Assembly (NCBI GenBank): GCA_037139515.1
Contig: JBAXGH010000003.1
Span: 12,800 to 76,799 of the forward strand
DNA from: a bacterium
Lineage (GTDB): Bacteria; Patescibacteriota; Patescibacteriia; JBAXGH01
Direction: 5' to 3'
DNA length: 64,000 nucleotides
Shown: piece after piece, positions 11,298 to 21,824 of the stretch
Layout: every line of letters begins with the position of its first letter
How positions within the stretch are numbered: position 1 is the first letter of the stretch
Notes under the pieces: generated by a model
What the model was told of the DNA's origin: nothing
What the model saw: the letters and a program-made list of their open reading frames with translations, nothing else
Database searches by the model: none
Translations under genes and position numbers: made by a program

Positions 11298-12818
11298 ATG
11301 ATTGCTCACATTGCACCGCTTCGGCGCATGCCGAACAGTCTTCCGTTTTTAAGTTATCTTTTGCCGACGGAACTAGAGCCACGCATACAGCGCGGCTCAA
11401 TGGTTTTAATTCCGCTTCGTGGGCAAGATATTCCAGGACTGGTTCTTCGTTTAGAAACCGTTTCAGATGTCGCACGTCTCAAACCGATTTCAAAATATTT
11501 AGGCATAACTTTGCCGGAACATTCCGTCCTAACTCTTGAAAAGGTCGCCGAATATTTTGCGAGTACTCTGCCTTATCTAACCGATGCACTTCTGCCAACA
11601 CCGGGAAAGCGATGGAATGAGGAAATACCACCGATTGAAACTCGTAACACGAAGTTTGCGAATGAACGTCGCTTGATTGAGTTAAATCATGCCTCCGAAG
11701 AATCAACCATCCTTCGTAATTTGGCTGACGAAACGATTGCCGCCGGATCCGCCATGCATGTAATAGTTCCGAGCCTCGAAAAAGCCGGTCTTGTAGCTGA
11801 TGTTTTCGACGGTGCCTACCGGGTCGGAATCATCACTAGTGAAGTTTCTCCCGGGAAAATCTGGTCCGTTTTTATATTGGCACTCCGCGGTGAACTCGAT
11901 GTACTCATAACTACAAGACGTGGATGCCTCACGCCTATTTCGCGCCTCGGCCGCACTGTTGTACTCGACGAGGAATCGAGTGATCACAAACAATGGGATA
12001 TGAAACCACGGTATGACGCGCGTACCGTCGCGATGATAAAAGCCGAAACTTCCGGTTCCGGGTACATTGCTATTTCGATTGCGCCAAGACTCACTGCGCG
12101 ACAGACTTTAGTCAGCCAAACTTCGCTCGTAACCATTCCGAAAATTCTGGTGCACGTAAACCCGGAAACCAAAAACCCTTTTTCACAACCGACCCTTGAT
12201 GCGATTGAAGACGCTCTAGACATCGGCAAAAAAGTCGCAGTTCTTGATTCGAGTGGATTCTCGGTTCCAGTACCGGGTTCAAATCCGGCCAGACTTCCAG
12301 CACTAGCCTCCGAAGCGTCTCTTGTGATTATCTTATTCCCCGATCGAATGCTCTTCACAAACGAATGGAGTGCCGAAGAAAGAATGCACGCCGAGCTTCT
12401 TAGACTCACAAAACGCATGCGCTCCGACGCGACTCTGATTATCGTGGCGACTACCGCGCACCGTGCCTTTGCCGGCCTCTTGCCGGGTCGCCGTGACGAG
12501 TATTTCCGAAAGCTTATAGATGAACGGCAGGAACATAATTACCCTCCTTTTGGCAGTTTTATAAAATTAATCGTACAATCTGATAAATCGCTTGATGACG
12601 CAACCCAAAAAGCCATCGCGCTCGAAGCATCGTTAAAATCACCCGGCGTTGAGATGCTTGGACCGTATCCGGCGGATCCGGCAATGGTCAGAGGTCGTTT
12701 TCGCGCGCTAGCTCTGCTCCATGGAACCCCAGAAGCAATTAGAGCTGTAAAAGCAGGCTTATTTAACCTCCCTGATGAGATCCTTGTAGATATTGACCCG
12801 GAACGTATTTTCCGCTAG
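11298..12818 (+). CDS. priA: Primosomal protein N' (degenerate PriA)
   Basis: N-terminal 3'-binding domain (SYLLP..RGSMVLIPLRG), PRYDAR, ER...YPPF, GPYPA, C-terminal DIDP; priA-def-fmt synteny. Start taken as ATG 11298. Confidence 0.8.
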   Translation: MIAHIAPLRRMPNSLPFLSYLLPTELEPRIQRGSMVLIPLRGQDIPGLVLRLETVSDVARLKPISKYLGITLPEHSVLTLEKVAEYFASTLPYLTDALLPTPGKRWNEEIPPIETRNTKFANERRLIELNHASEESTILRNLADETIAAGSAMHVIVPSLEKAGLVADVFDGAYRVGIITSEVSPGKIWSVFILALRGELDVLITTRRGCLTPISRLGRTVVLDEESSDHKQWDMKPRYDARTVAMIKAETSGSGYIAISIAPRLTARQTLVSQTSLVTIPKILVHVNPETKNPFSQPTLDAIEDALDIGKKVAVLDSSGFSVPVPGSNPARLPALASEASLVIILFPDRMLFTNEWSAEERMHAELLRLTKRMRSDATLIIVATTAHRAFAGLLPGRRDEYFRKLIDERQEHNYPPFGSFIKLIVQSDKSLDDATQKAIALEASLKSPGVEMLGPYPADPAMVRGRFRALALLHGTPEAIRAVKAGLFNLPDEILVDIDPERIFR

Positions 12819-12832
12819 AATATCACTTAATT

Positions 12833-13312
12833 ATGCCGCGTCTAGAAGTTATCAAAAATCCAAATCCGCATCTGCGCCGAATTGCCACGCCGGTCGCGCT
12901 TGATTCGATTACCTCAAAAACCAACCAAAAGCTGGTCGACGACATGATTTTGACCATGAAAAAAGAGAACGGCGTCGGTTTGGCCGCCGTCCAGGTTGAT
13001 GTGAATCAGCGTCTGATTGTTGTACTTGATGACGATGAGCCGCTCGCAATCTTCAATCCGGAACTCTCGAATCTGTCTTTTGCTAAGGTGATGAGCGATG
13101 AAGGCTGTCTTTCGGTACCCAAGGTTTGGGGATATGTAAAACGCCACCGTTCACTTACCTGGAAAGGCTTCGATCGTGAGGGAAAAGCTATCGGAGGTCG
13201 CGCTGCTGGCTTTTTTGCCATCGTGCTTCAACATGAAGTCGATCATTTAAACGGAATTTTGTTTATCGATAAGGTCGAAAGCTACTTGGAGACCTCGAAT
13301 TCTCAAATTTAG
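12833..13312 (+). CDS. def: Peptide deformylase
   Basis: Motifs GVGLAAVQ, EGCLS, QHEVDHLNG. Confidence 0.97.
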   Translation: MPRLEVIKNPNPHLRRIATPVALDSITSKTNQKLVDDMILTMKKENGVGLAAVQVDVNQRLIVVLDDDEPLAIFNPELSNLSFAKVMSDEGCLSVPKVWGYVKRHRSLTWKGFDREGKAIGGRAAGFFAIVLQHEVDHLNGILFIDKVESYLETSNSQI

Positions 13313-13319
13313 ACTTGCT

Positions 13320-14252
13320 ATGAAAATTGTATTTTTTGGAACTCCGGAGTTTTCACTTCCGGCCTTGAAGGCTTTGCATAATGATAAGCGTTTTGAGATT
13401 TCGCTCGTTGTGAGTCAGCCGGCCAAGCCTGTGGGACGCGAACAGGTCGTAACCGATTCCCCTGTCGCTACTTTTGCCAAAGAAAACAACTTACGACTTG
13501 CGACTCCGGAAACCCTCCGTCAAAATACAGACATTGTCGAAACGGTCAAAAATATTGCGCCGGATTTTTTGCTTGTTGTAGCTTTTGGAAAGATTATCCC
13601 AAACGAGCTTCTTGGGCTCGCAAAACATGGTGCCGTCAACATTCACCCGAGCCTACTGCCTAAATACCGTGGTGCTTCCCCGCTCCAGATGAGCATCGCG
13701 CACGGAGAAGCCGAAACCGCCGTCACAATCATGCTTATGGATGCTGAGGTTGACCACGGCGCAATTCTGGTTCAAATACCCGACCAAATCACAGAATCAG
13801 ATACCACGACCACGCTCGGCGAAAAACTCTTCAAAAAAGCAGCCGATGTTTTACCGCAAACTTTGATCGATTTTGCTTCCGGCAAGATAAAAGCCCAAAC
13901 GCAGAATCACGAAAACGCAACTTTTACCAAACTCATTGATCGCGCTGACGGCAAACTAACCTTCGATACAAGCGCAAAACTTATTGACGCCAAAAGACGC
14001 GGGTTTACTCCATGGCCGGGAGTTCACATCGAACTCGGCGATGGTTTTGTCATCAAAGTTTTGGACACCGAAGCTGTTAAATCCTGTACGGGTTTCGTGC
14101 CCGGCGCTCTTCATGAGCACGAAAACGAGCTTCACGTGGCAACCAATGACGGCTGCGTTTGGCTTAAATCGGTCCAGCCTGCCGGAAAGAACCCGATGCC
14201 GGGCGAGGCTTTTATTCGCGGTTACAGCAGGTATCTTTCGCTCCGACAATAA
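13320..14252 (+). CDS. fmt: Methionyl-tRNA formyltransferase
   Basis: Motifs FFGTPEF and NIHPSLLPKYRGASP. Confidence 0.97.
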   Translation: MKIVFFGTPEFSLPALKALHNDKRFEISLVVSQPAKPVGREQVVTDSPVATFAKENNLRLATPETLRQNTDIVETVKNIAPDFLLVVAFGKIIPNELLGLAKHGAVNIHPSLLPKYRGASPLQMSIAHGEAETAVTIMLMDAEVDHGAILVQIPDQITESDTTTTLGEKLFKKAADVLPQTLIDFASGKIKAQTQNHENATFTKLIDRADGKLTFDTSAKLIDAKRRGFTPWPGVHIELGDGFVIKVLDTEAVKSCTGFVPGALHEHENELHVATNDGCVWLKSVQPAGKNPMPGEAFIRGYSRYLSLRQ

Positions 14253-16503
14253 CTAAAACCTCAAGCAGCAGAAGCACCGAAAGCCCAATCGGGTGATCAA
14301 GATACGGCGTTGTGGCGTGAGTCGCAAGCAAAACGACAAAGACGCCGAACGCCGCTATTTTTTTCGAATAATCAGGAATACGTGAAAGCGCGCGCCACAG
14401 AAAAGCCAGATATCCAAGAAAAAGCGCCCCACCAATCAGGCCAAATTTCAGCCAGACATCCAGCCATCCCCACTCGAAGCGCGTCGTTACAACAAGCCCA
14501 TCAGCACGTATATTGCGCCAAAAAGGATCAGGGGAAAGATAAGAAATAGACTTAGCAAAACCGGAACCAAGAATCGGGTGCTCTTTTACCGCAGCCCAGA
14601 GCGGTTTGAGTAATTCCCATCGCGCGCCGACAGCGGGATCGTTAATCGAACTATAACGGTCTACAAGCAATTTTGATAAGTTAGAACCGCCACTTACAGA
14701 TGGAATCGGAAACTTAACGACGGCAGCAAGAATCATTACGCCAATAACAAGAGACGCGACAAAACGCCAAATTGGCATGAAAATCACGCGCCAAGAGCGA
14801 TCTTTAAAAGCCCAAACAGTCAGTCCGAAACAGAGTCCGATTACCAAGCCGAGCAAAATACTTCTTGAAAGAGAAGCCACGAGCGCCGAACCAAACAATC
14901 CCAGCATCAGATACCATGAACGAGGTCTGGTTTCTTTTCGCGAGGTTAGAATCATCCAAACCATCGCGAGTCCCAGGAATAGATGGGACGGCAAAAATAC
15001 GCGATGAAAATTACCGAGCAGGCGGGTAACTTCGGCAACGCGGGTATCGCGAACCCAAATATAGGTGGCACGAATCACATCATCACCAAAATGTGAAAAC
15101 ACATAAACTAAAACCAGCGTTTTAATTGCCAGCCAGGCGGTACCAAACCCCAAAATTTCTTTTATCTTTGTGAGATTTTCAGTCTTGATACTTAGGAGCG
15201 GTAAAAGCAGCGCCAAGAAAGCGTAACCATTTGCGTCTGAAATTAATTCATTTACTGGTCGGTTATATAGGAATCCGACAACCAGTGCATAAACAATTGC
15301 GAGAATTAATAAAGTAAAACGGGCCGGGACTCTGGAAAACACGACGCGACGTCGCAGGATTTGAATCATCCAGGCGAGCATTACCGCAAGAAACATCGTA
15401 ATGCGCAACGAAACACCGGACTCGCCGTGAACTCCGAGCCCAATCATATGACCATGAGAACCAATAATGACTTCAAGCGCAATCGCAGATAACCCAAGCG
15501 CGAGCGACTGCAGCGATGCCACAAAAACACCGGCCGTAATTGCAAGAAGAATTGGAAGCGCTAGGCTTGGATATGCGTGCCCTATCCAGGAACCAGCTTC
15601 CAGAACTGCAAGAAATTCAAAAATCCGAATATGGGTTTTCGATTTTTCGATGTCTTTTTGATAATGAGTCTGAAGCCAGGCCAAAAATAAACTAATCGGA
15701 CGCAATGCCCAAAACATAAATCCAACCAGCAGACCAAAATGCTTCTGCATGTATTGCGCCATGCTGGTTGAAAAATATCTTTGCTTTTTGACGGTCATGA
15801 TTTGACCGAAACTCTGTCCACCATGATGAATCATCTCAATCTGAGGCATGAAGCGAATCGAATAGCCGGCATCTTTAGCGCGCTTCATGAAATCGACTTC
15901 CTCAAACCAGATAAAAAAACGCTCATCAAGAAGTCCGATTTTTTCCATCAAATCACGACGAAAGGCAAAGCTCGCGCCCATGACCTGATCAACTTCAGCT
16001 TCGCGAGAATAGTCAAAATCATCGGCCAGATACTTAGAAATCGCCTTCGAGTGGCGGAATAGCTTTTGCAATTTCAGACCGACAAGCAGCTGGCTAAACG
16101 GCGTCGGAAAACGTCGAACTGATTCTTGAATTGTTCGGTCAGCATTCAGAAGCCTCGCGCCAACGATTCCCAATTCAGGCCGCGAGTCGAATTCGCGAAC
16201 ATAGTTAGAAAGAGAATCGCTGATGAATTCCGAATCCGGATTTTGAACTAGAAGAATGCGCCCATTCGCGGCCTGCAGCCCCTGATTCACAGCTTTCGCA
16301 AAACCAAGGTTCTGATTATTCGCGATAATCGTTATTTCCGGATGTTCAGCGATGATTGCCGCCACAGATCCATCGCTCGAAGCATTATCGACCAGGATTA
16401 TTTCGTACGAGGCGCTCTTAGTCTGATTTTTTATCGACTGAATCAACCGAAGAACCAGCGCCTTCACGTTCCAGTTCACGATAATTACACTGATATCAAT
16501 CAT
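14212..16503 (-). CDS. GT2 glycosyltransferase fused to an O-antigen ligase/Wzy-like membrane domain
   Basis: N-terminal DNASSDGS, NLGFAKAVN, LDERFFIWFEEVD; C-terminal multi-TM region with SLSRS and HPILGSGF. Confidence 0.85.
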   Translation of the reverse strand: MIDISVIIVNWNVKALVLRLIQSIKNQTKSASYEIILVDNASSDGSVAAIIAEHPEITIIANNQNLGFAKAVNQGLQAANGRILLVQNPDSEFISDSLSNYVREFDSRPELGIVGARLLNADRTIQESVRRFPTPFSQLLVGLKLQKLFRHSKAISKYLADDFDYSREAEVDQVMGASFAFRRDLMEKIGLLDERFFIWFEEVDFMKRAKDAGYSIRFMPQIEMIHHGGQSFGQIMTVKKQRYFSTSMAQYMQKHFGLLVGFMFWALRPISLFLAWLQTHYQKDIEKSKTHIRIFEFLAVLEAGSWIGHAYPSLALPILLAITAGVFVASLQSLALGLSAIALEVIIGSHGHMIGLGVHGESGVSLRITMFLAVMLAWMIQILRRRVVFSRVPARFTLLILAIVYALVVGFLYNRPVNELISDANGYAFLALLLPLLSIKTENLTKIKEILGFGTAWLAIKTLVLVYVFSHFGDDVIRATYIWVRDTRVAEVTRLLGNFHRVFLPSHLFLGLAMVWMILTSRKETRPRSWYLMLGLFGSALVASLSRSILLGLVIGLCFGLTVWAFKDRSWRVIFMPIWRFVASLVIGVMILAAVVKFPIPSVSGGSNLSKLLVDRYSSINDPAVGARWELLKPLWAAVKEHPILGSGFAKSISYLSPDPFWRNIRADGLVVTTRFEWGWLDVWLKFGLIGGALFLGYLAFLWRALSRIPDYSKKIAAFGVFVVLLATHATTPYLDHPIGLSVLLLLEVLVIVGAKDTCCNRE

Positions 16504-17207
16504 ATTCCGTGTTTACGCTTGATTATTTCGGCAGCCGCCTGATAGGCGCGGATCGTTTTTGGTTTCCAGCCCAACTTATCCCACGGAATACGATGCCAAA
16601 TCGATGGTCGCCAGGTAGAAATACCAATTTTACCGCGCGGAATTACTTTATACAGAATTTCCGGAACCCAGACTCCAACCTTACCCTGTTCAAGTAAGGT
16701 TAGCCACAAATCCCAATCATGAAAACGCTTAAGACTTTCATCAAAACGAGGTTCTGCTTCACGCCTAATCAGAGCGCTCGTGTGAACAAAATTACGTTCT
16801 TTTAGTTTTTTGACGTCAAATTCCCCGCTCGTAAACTTCTTCCAGCCAAGTTTGAAAGAACTATAGGCATAGCTCGCCTGCGGATTCTCTTCGAGCGCCG
16901 TAACGAGCTTCTGAATCGCATCCGGCTTGAAGATTAGATCAGAGTCACAGAACATCACATATTCCCCTTTCGAAAGCCTGAAGCCGGTATTTCTTGCGAC
17001 CTGAGCACCGGAATTTTTTTCCAATTTTAAATACTTAATTCGATCTCGAAATGGAGCGATTACTTTCTCGGTTTCATCAGTTGAAGCGTCATCAATCAAA
17101 ATAACTTCGAGCGGCTCACAGGCTTGAGCGAGCACCGTTCTGAGCGTCCCGGGAAGCGTTCCGGCGCTTTGCCAGGCTGGAATTATTATCGAAACTAGCT
17201 TATTCAT
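16500..17207 (-). CDS. GT2 family glycosyltransferase
   Basis: Motifs VSIIIPA, DDASTD, ARNTG, FCDSD, DWDLWL. Confidence 0.92.
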   Translation of the reverse strand: MNKLVSIIIPAWQSAGTLPGTLRTVLAQACEPLEVILIDDASTDETEKVIAPFRDRIKYLKLEKNSGAQVARNTGFRLSKGEYVMFCDSDLIFKPDAIQKLVTALEENPQASYAYSSFKLGWKKFTSGEFDVKKLKERNFVHTSALIRREAEPRFDESLKRFHDWDLWLTLLEQGKVGVWVPEILYKVIPRGKIGISTWRPSIWHRIPWDKLGWKPKTIRAYQAAAEIIKRKHGI

Positions 17208-18208
17208 AAGTGCTTAAACCATTTCCAGAAGTATTGCGCTTGTCTTTTTGCCTCAAAATTTGAGGCAAATTCACGCAGTTCGCTAATCCGTGGAGCTTTC
17301 ACGCCAACATCGCGAATTGCCTGCGCTAAACTCTCGGGTGTGTGACGTATCGCATGTGCTCGAAGATCAGGGTGAATTGCTTCACGCACGCCTATTCCCT
17401 CACCACCAATCACCGGAAGACCAAAAAACTGCGCCTCCAAATACACGATACCAAAACCTTCCTTATCGGACCCGATTTCACGAGTCGGAAGGACAAAAAC
17501 ATCATGCTCAAGAAATAGCTTTATCTTCAATGCATCATCTACTCGACCCGTAAAAGTTACGCGATCATAAAATCCTGATTCCGCGGCCAGTTTTTCAAGT
17601 CTAAGTCTGTCCGGGCCGTCGCCCGCAATCGTGATTCTAGCCTCAGGCATGAATTTAAGCGCTTCGATAGCGGTATCGAAGCCTTTTCGTTCGACAAGCC
17701 TGCCTAGCATCAGCCAGCGAAGAGGCATTTCGGCTCGAAGCTCAAGCGGGGATCCGATAAGTGTCTGCGGTATCGACGGATACAAGACAATCACTTCCCT
17801 TTTTGAAAACACTTCGACGAGCTTCCGAAGAGATTCGGTATTTGCCGTTACGCCGCTTGCAAACTTCAAAATCCAGCGCAACAGAAAGCGTTTTCGTGTA
17901 TTCCCAAGAGCAAGAAAATAATCCATGCCGTGCAGAGATATAATATATTTTCTGCCGGTTAAAATTTTCAATATCAAAGCTACGGTTCCGTAAGGCAAAA
18001 CGTGGCTTATGTGCAAAACCGCATCCGGATACTTGCGAAGCTTCAGGAATAATCTCTGAATCAGAAATAACCAATGCCCTGAAAATAATTTGTCGTCATT
18101 CAACACCAAAGTTCTTTCGGCCGGCAAATTCGAATAAATACCGTAAAGATAACGGCCGATTCCTCCTCGTTCGTTTCCGTATTCCGGAGTTGCGAGGACT
18201 AATTTCAT
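17204..18208 (-). CDS. GT4 family glycosyltransferase
   Basis: Motifs GGIGRY, GRLVERKG, EGFGIVYLEA. Confidence 0.92.
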   Translation of the reverse strand: MKLVLATPEYGNERGGIGRYLYGIYSNLPAERTLVLNDDKLFSGHWLFLIQRLFLKLRKYPDAVLHISHVLPYGTVALILKILTGRKYIISLHGMDYFLALGNTRKRFLLRWILKFASGVTANTESLRKLVEVFSKREVIVLYPSIPQTLIGSPLELRAEMPLRWLMLGRLVERKGFDTAIEALKFMPEARITIAGDGPDRLRLEKLAAESGFYDRVTFTGRVDDALKIKLFLEHDVFVLPTREIGSDKEGFGIVYLEAQFFGLPVIGGEGIGVREAIHPDLRAHAIRHTPESLAQAIRDVGVKAPRISELREFASNFEAKRQAQYFWKWFKHL

Positions 18209-19677
18209 ACGGCTTCAACTTCTCCCGGTACAGGTGTGAGAGCAGGCTTTCGTCTGATTAATGACATGAAAGCTTCGATATCATTCTTGCGAACACCGCC
18301 AACTATCCAAAGTGCCGCTGGATATACGATCACAGCCACCAAAACAACTATCAGAATAGAAATATGACCCTTTAAAGAAGCTGCGACAGCATACATCACG
18401 GCGCTTGCAACGAGTGGACGCAGATAGGTTTTTGCGAGTTTTGAGACGTTAATCGGGAAAGCCAAGAGAACGGCTGTTAGACCTGCTATAAACATGAAAC
18501 CAAAACTTACCAAATCAGCAATAGCGGCCCCGCGCTCGCGCATCGTCGGAATCAGCCAAAAATTCAATCCGAGATTAACCACCATAACCATGCCCGAAAG
18601 GAATGTTTTTGTATTTTGACGGTGCGTGGCATTCAAGAGCGAAGCGATCGGAAATTCCAGGAATATAAATGCCAAAACCGGAACGAGCAAAGTCAGCGTC
18701 GGGATAGCAGGAGCGAATTTAGCCCCGTAAAGCGTGGTAATAAGCGGGTCCGCAACCGCCCAGATCCCGGCGACGAGCGGGAAAGCTATTGTCGCCATAT
18801 ACCATTGCGCGCGTTCGAATAGGGTCACGATTTTGTCATTATCCTTGCCATACATCGAAGCGAAGGCTGGATAAAGCCCAGCTACAAAGGCCAACGGTAA
18901 AAACTGAAAAGCATATGTGAATTTATAAGCGTTGCCGAAAAGTCCGGTCGCATGATCATCGGCGAGGCGCGAAAGCATCACGCCACCCACATAACTATAG
19001 ATTTTCACGAAAATACCGGCGAGCGTGAATGGCAAGGCGAGCTTTCCGAATCTCCAAAGCGCACCGATATCGTAAGAAAACTTTAATCGCAAATCAAGTT
19101 TACGTCTGATTACCAAATACGAAACTAAGACATTAAAAATATTCGTTGCAAGGATCGCGTAAATAACCGCGACCGGAGAACGCATTTCATACAGCAAAAT
19201 TGTGCCTAAAATGATTTGAACCGCTTGTCCAGAAAACAAAATCATCGCTTCGTATTTGAGCTGTTGAACAGTTCGAAGCGCGGCAAAAAACAAGACATGG
19301 ATTGCTTCGAAAAATGAGGAAATCGAAGCCAGTAATATCAGTTTTCGATAGTCGAGGTCGTAGTTCAGCAGCCAGGCAACGAGCGAAGTCAATCCGACCA
19401 TGACGATGCCATTCACGACTCGAAGCGTAAAAGACTTGGCGAATAAATTCTGACGATCGCTCGGATTTTGTGCGCCTTCCCGAATAAAAATATTTGTCAC
19501 GCCAAGATCAGCAACGACTGCAAACATCATTCCGAAAGTCACTGCCGCGAACACCCGTCCGTTTCCCTCAACCCCCAATAATCGCGCAATAAGTAAAGTA
19601 AAGATGAAAGCCAGAACCTTTTGAGCGATCAACCCGCCGGTATAAATTATGGTATTTTTAGCAACAGTTTGAGACAT
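18205..19677 (-). CDS. Wzx-type polysaccharide flippase
   Basis: About 14 TM segments, VAKNT N-terminus, ARLLG, DLG, GAAIA. Start taken as ATG 19677. Confidence 0.9.
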   Translation of the reverse strand: MSQTVAKNTIIYTGGLIAQKVLAFIFTLLIARLLGVEGNGRVFAAVTFGMMFAVVADLGVTNIFIREGAQNPSDRQNLFAKSFTLRVVNGIVMVGLTSLVAWLLNYDLDYRKLILLASISSFFEAIHVLFFAALRTVQQLKYEAMILFSGQAVQIILGTILLYEMRSPVAVIYAILATNIFNVLVSYLVIRRKLDLRLKFSYDIGALWRFGKLALPFTLAGIFVKIYSYVGGVMLSRLADDHATGLFGNAYKFTYAFQFLPLAFVAGLYPAFASMYGKDNDKIVTLFERAQWYMATIAFPLVAGIWAVADPLITTLYGAKFAPAIPTLTLLVPVLAFIFLEFPIASLLNATHRQNTKTFLSGMVMVVNLGLNFWLIPTMRERGAAIADLVSFGFMFIAGLTAVLLAFPINVSKLAKTYLRPLVASAVMYAVAASLKGHISILIVVLVAVIVYPAALWIVGGVRKNDIEAFMSLIRRKPALTPVPGEVEAV

Positions 19678-19731
19678 AAGTGTCTGAACATAATACACTT
19701 TTAGGCTCGCTTTGTCATCATTTATCACCCA

Positions 19732-21129
19732 CTAAACTTCATACCAAGAATATCCGTCACTTGCCGGAAGTTCGTTCTGTGAGATTGGCCCAGTCGAGCC
19801 GTTTGAGTACTTTTCCGGAGGAACATCGTGCAATTCTACGCCATTCTTAATCCCGTCAATAATTTTCCACTGCGCAATAATTTCCGGGAAACTAAGAAAG
19901 AATTTCTTCTCGCCACGAAGCACATCCAGAATCAAAGTTGCATATTCGGGCAGACAACCTTCTTCTAAACTGCAAAATATCGATTGAGTGAGCGATAAAT
20001 CCTGATAGGACTCGGTTTCCCCCACTCTATTTACTAATTTAACGGTTATCCTCTCTTCCGGAAAAAACTCAAAGATGATGCGGTTTGGCTTTTCATCCGC
20101 TTTTTGAAAATCAAACTTTTTAAGTTCGACTACGGCATATGTGCTTTTCTGCTTGCCGATCATCTTGCCCGTACGAATATAAAACGGCACCCTATGCCAA
20201 TCCAGACGATTCACAAGCAATCTGAGTGCCACGAAAGTCTCGGTTTCCGACTTGGCCGGAATGTCTTTCTCTTGCGCATAAGAATCATACTGGCCAAATA
20301 CTATATTCCTCTTTGCGCCAGAAAAATGCATCGCGCCAAGCATGGTTTCGCGTTCGCGCTGCAGACTTTCGTAGTCCTGCGTAATCGGCAATGACATTGT
20401 AAGTAGTGCGAGGAGCTGTAAGAGATGCGACTGCACCATATCTTTAAGCATCCCAACCTGATCAAAATATCCGGCGCGTTCTTTGACGCCAAATGGCTCA
20501 AAAGCCGTGATTTGAATGTTCGAAATCTCATGACCGTGCATCATGTGACTCAAGATTCGATTCGATTCCCGAAGGCGTAGGATACTGCGGACCGCAGTTT
20601 TCCCCAAATAATGATCAAGAAGATAAAATTTTTCCTCCGCGAAATATTGCGAAGCAAAATGGAATAGTTCACGCGCCGTTCCGGTGCTGGTGCCAAAAGG
20701 TTTTTCAATAATAAGGCGCAAATCATCATTCTTCTCGTAAATCGCGGCCAAATTAGCAATAATATCTTTATAAACCAAAGATGGCACTGAAAAATAGGCT
20801 AAATGAGTTAGTCTCGACTCGAATCCCGGAATCGTCTTCAAAAAATCACGATAAGCTTTGAAATTTTCAACATCGTTGTATTGACCAGCAAAATACCAGC
20901 AATGATTGAGTAGGTCAGCGAGTACTGCCTCTTTCACACTGTCCCCATAAGCAGCCCTGACACTTCCAGCGAATTCAGCCTGAAACTCCTCACGAGTCTT
21001 AGAACTTCGAGCGAACCCCACGATTGCATAGTTATCGGGCAACCTCTTGAACTCAGCCAATCGATAAATACTTGGAAAAATCTTAAGCTTAGCCAAATCA
21101 CCCGAAGCGCCAAAAATGGTAAGTGTCAT
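19732..21129 (-). CDS. zwf: Glucose-6-phosphate 1-dehydrogenase
   Basis: Motifs FGASGDLA, EKPFG, DHYLGK, DMVQSHLLQ, RTGK. Confidence 0.95.
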   Translation of the reverse strand: MTLTIFGASGDLAKLKIFPSIYRLAEFKRLPDNYAIVGFARSSKTREEFQAEFAGSVRAAYGDSVKEAVLADLLNHCWYFAGQYNDVENFKAYRDFLKTIPGFESRLTHLAYFSVPSLVYKDIIANLAAIYEKNDDLRLIIEKPFGTSTGTARELFHFASQYFAEEKFYLLDHYLGKTAVRSILRLRESNRILSHMMHGHEISNIQITAFEPFGVKERAGYFDQVGMLKDMVQSHLLQLLALLTMSLPITQDYESLQRERETMLGAMHFSGAKRNIVFGQYDSYAQEKDIPAKSETETFVALRLLVNRLDWHRVPFYIRTGKMIGKQKSTYAVVELKKFDFQKADEKPNRIIFEFFPEERITVKLVNRVGETESYQDLSLTQSIFCSLEEGCLPEYATLILDVLRGEKKFFLSFPEIIAQWKIIDGIKNGVELHDVPPEKYSNGSTGPISQNELPASDGYSWYEV

Positions 21130-21208
21130 ATCGGAGATGTGTGTTCTTTCTTAGTTTAACTTAAACGTCAAAGCGTACCAAGTTAATACGTAATACTACG
21201 CAAAAGAA

Positions 21209-21307
21209 ATGCCCTAAATGTATAAATTTGCCCTGAAAATATTGCTTAGCCGGGCTATGCGCCCCCCTCTAGCCCGCCAAAGCAATTTTTCGGGCAAATG
21301 TAGGCAT
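21209..21307. repeat. Hairpin family copy A (GCCGG-stem-TGCGCCCC loop-stem-CCGCC)
   Basis: Nested inverted repeats TTTGCCC/GGGCAAA, ATTGCTT/AAGCAAT and CGGGCTA/TAGCCCG; loop TGCGCCCCCCTC. Confidence 0.7.
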
Positions 21308-21308
21308 C

Positions 21309-21337
21309 AAAAAGACCACTCTTTCGAGTAGTCTTTT
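21309..21337 (-). terminator. Rho-independent terminator after rpsI
   Basis: Minus strand reads AAAAGACTACTC-GAAA-GAGTGGTCTTTTT. Confidence 0.85.
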
Positions 21338-21348
21338 CGTTGTATGGA

Positions 21349-21816
21349 TTAACGCTTTGACCATCGTGGCGCCTTGCGAGCACGCTTCAAACCTGGCTTC
21401 TTACGTTCCTTTCGACGAGCATCTCGAGTGAGATGACCGCTCTTCTTAAGATTCGCGCGGTAAAGCGGGTTCAAGAGAAGTAAAGCGCGAGAAATAGCGA
21501 GTTTAGCGGCATCGCCCTGGCCTGATTTGCCACCGCCGGAGACGTCGACAACCATGTCAACCTTGTCATCCTGACCGACGGCAACGAGCGGAGCTTTGAT
21601 GGCATTCCGGCTTCCAACAGTCGTGAAATAGACTTCGAAAGGCACACCATTCACAAGCACCGTTCCCTTTCCGTTCTTGTAAAGCTTAGCAATGGCGACT
21701 GAAGTCTTTCTGCGACCGCGTCCAAACAAGTATTCGCGCGTCTTAAATTCAGCCGGCAATTCATATCGCAAAGCATCCACCTTCTTTCGCTGAATTGTAG
21801 TTTTATTATGTTTCAT
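21349..21816 (-). CDS. rpsI: 30S ribosomal protein S9
   Basis: Motifs GRRKTSVA, GGGKSGQ, LTRDARRKERKKPGLKRARKAPRWSKR. Confidence 0.98.
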   Translation of the reverse strand: MKHNKTTIQRKKVDALRYELPAEFKTREYLFGRGRRKTSVAIAKLYKNGKGTVLVNGVPFEVYFTTVGSRNAIKAPLVAVGQDDKVDMVVDVSGGGKSGQGDAAKLAISRALLLLNPLYRANLKKSGHLTRDARRKERKKPGLKRARKAPRWSKR

Positions 21817-21824
21817 ACCGTAGT

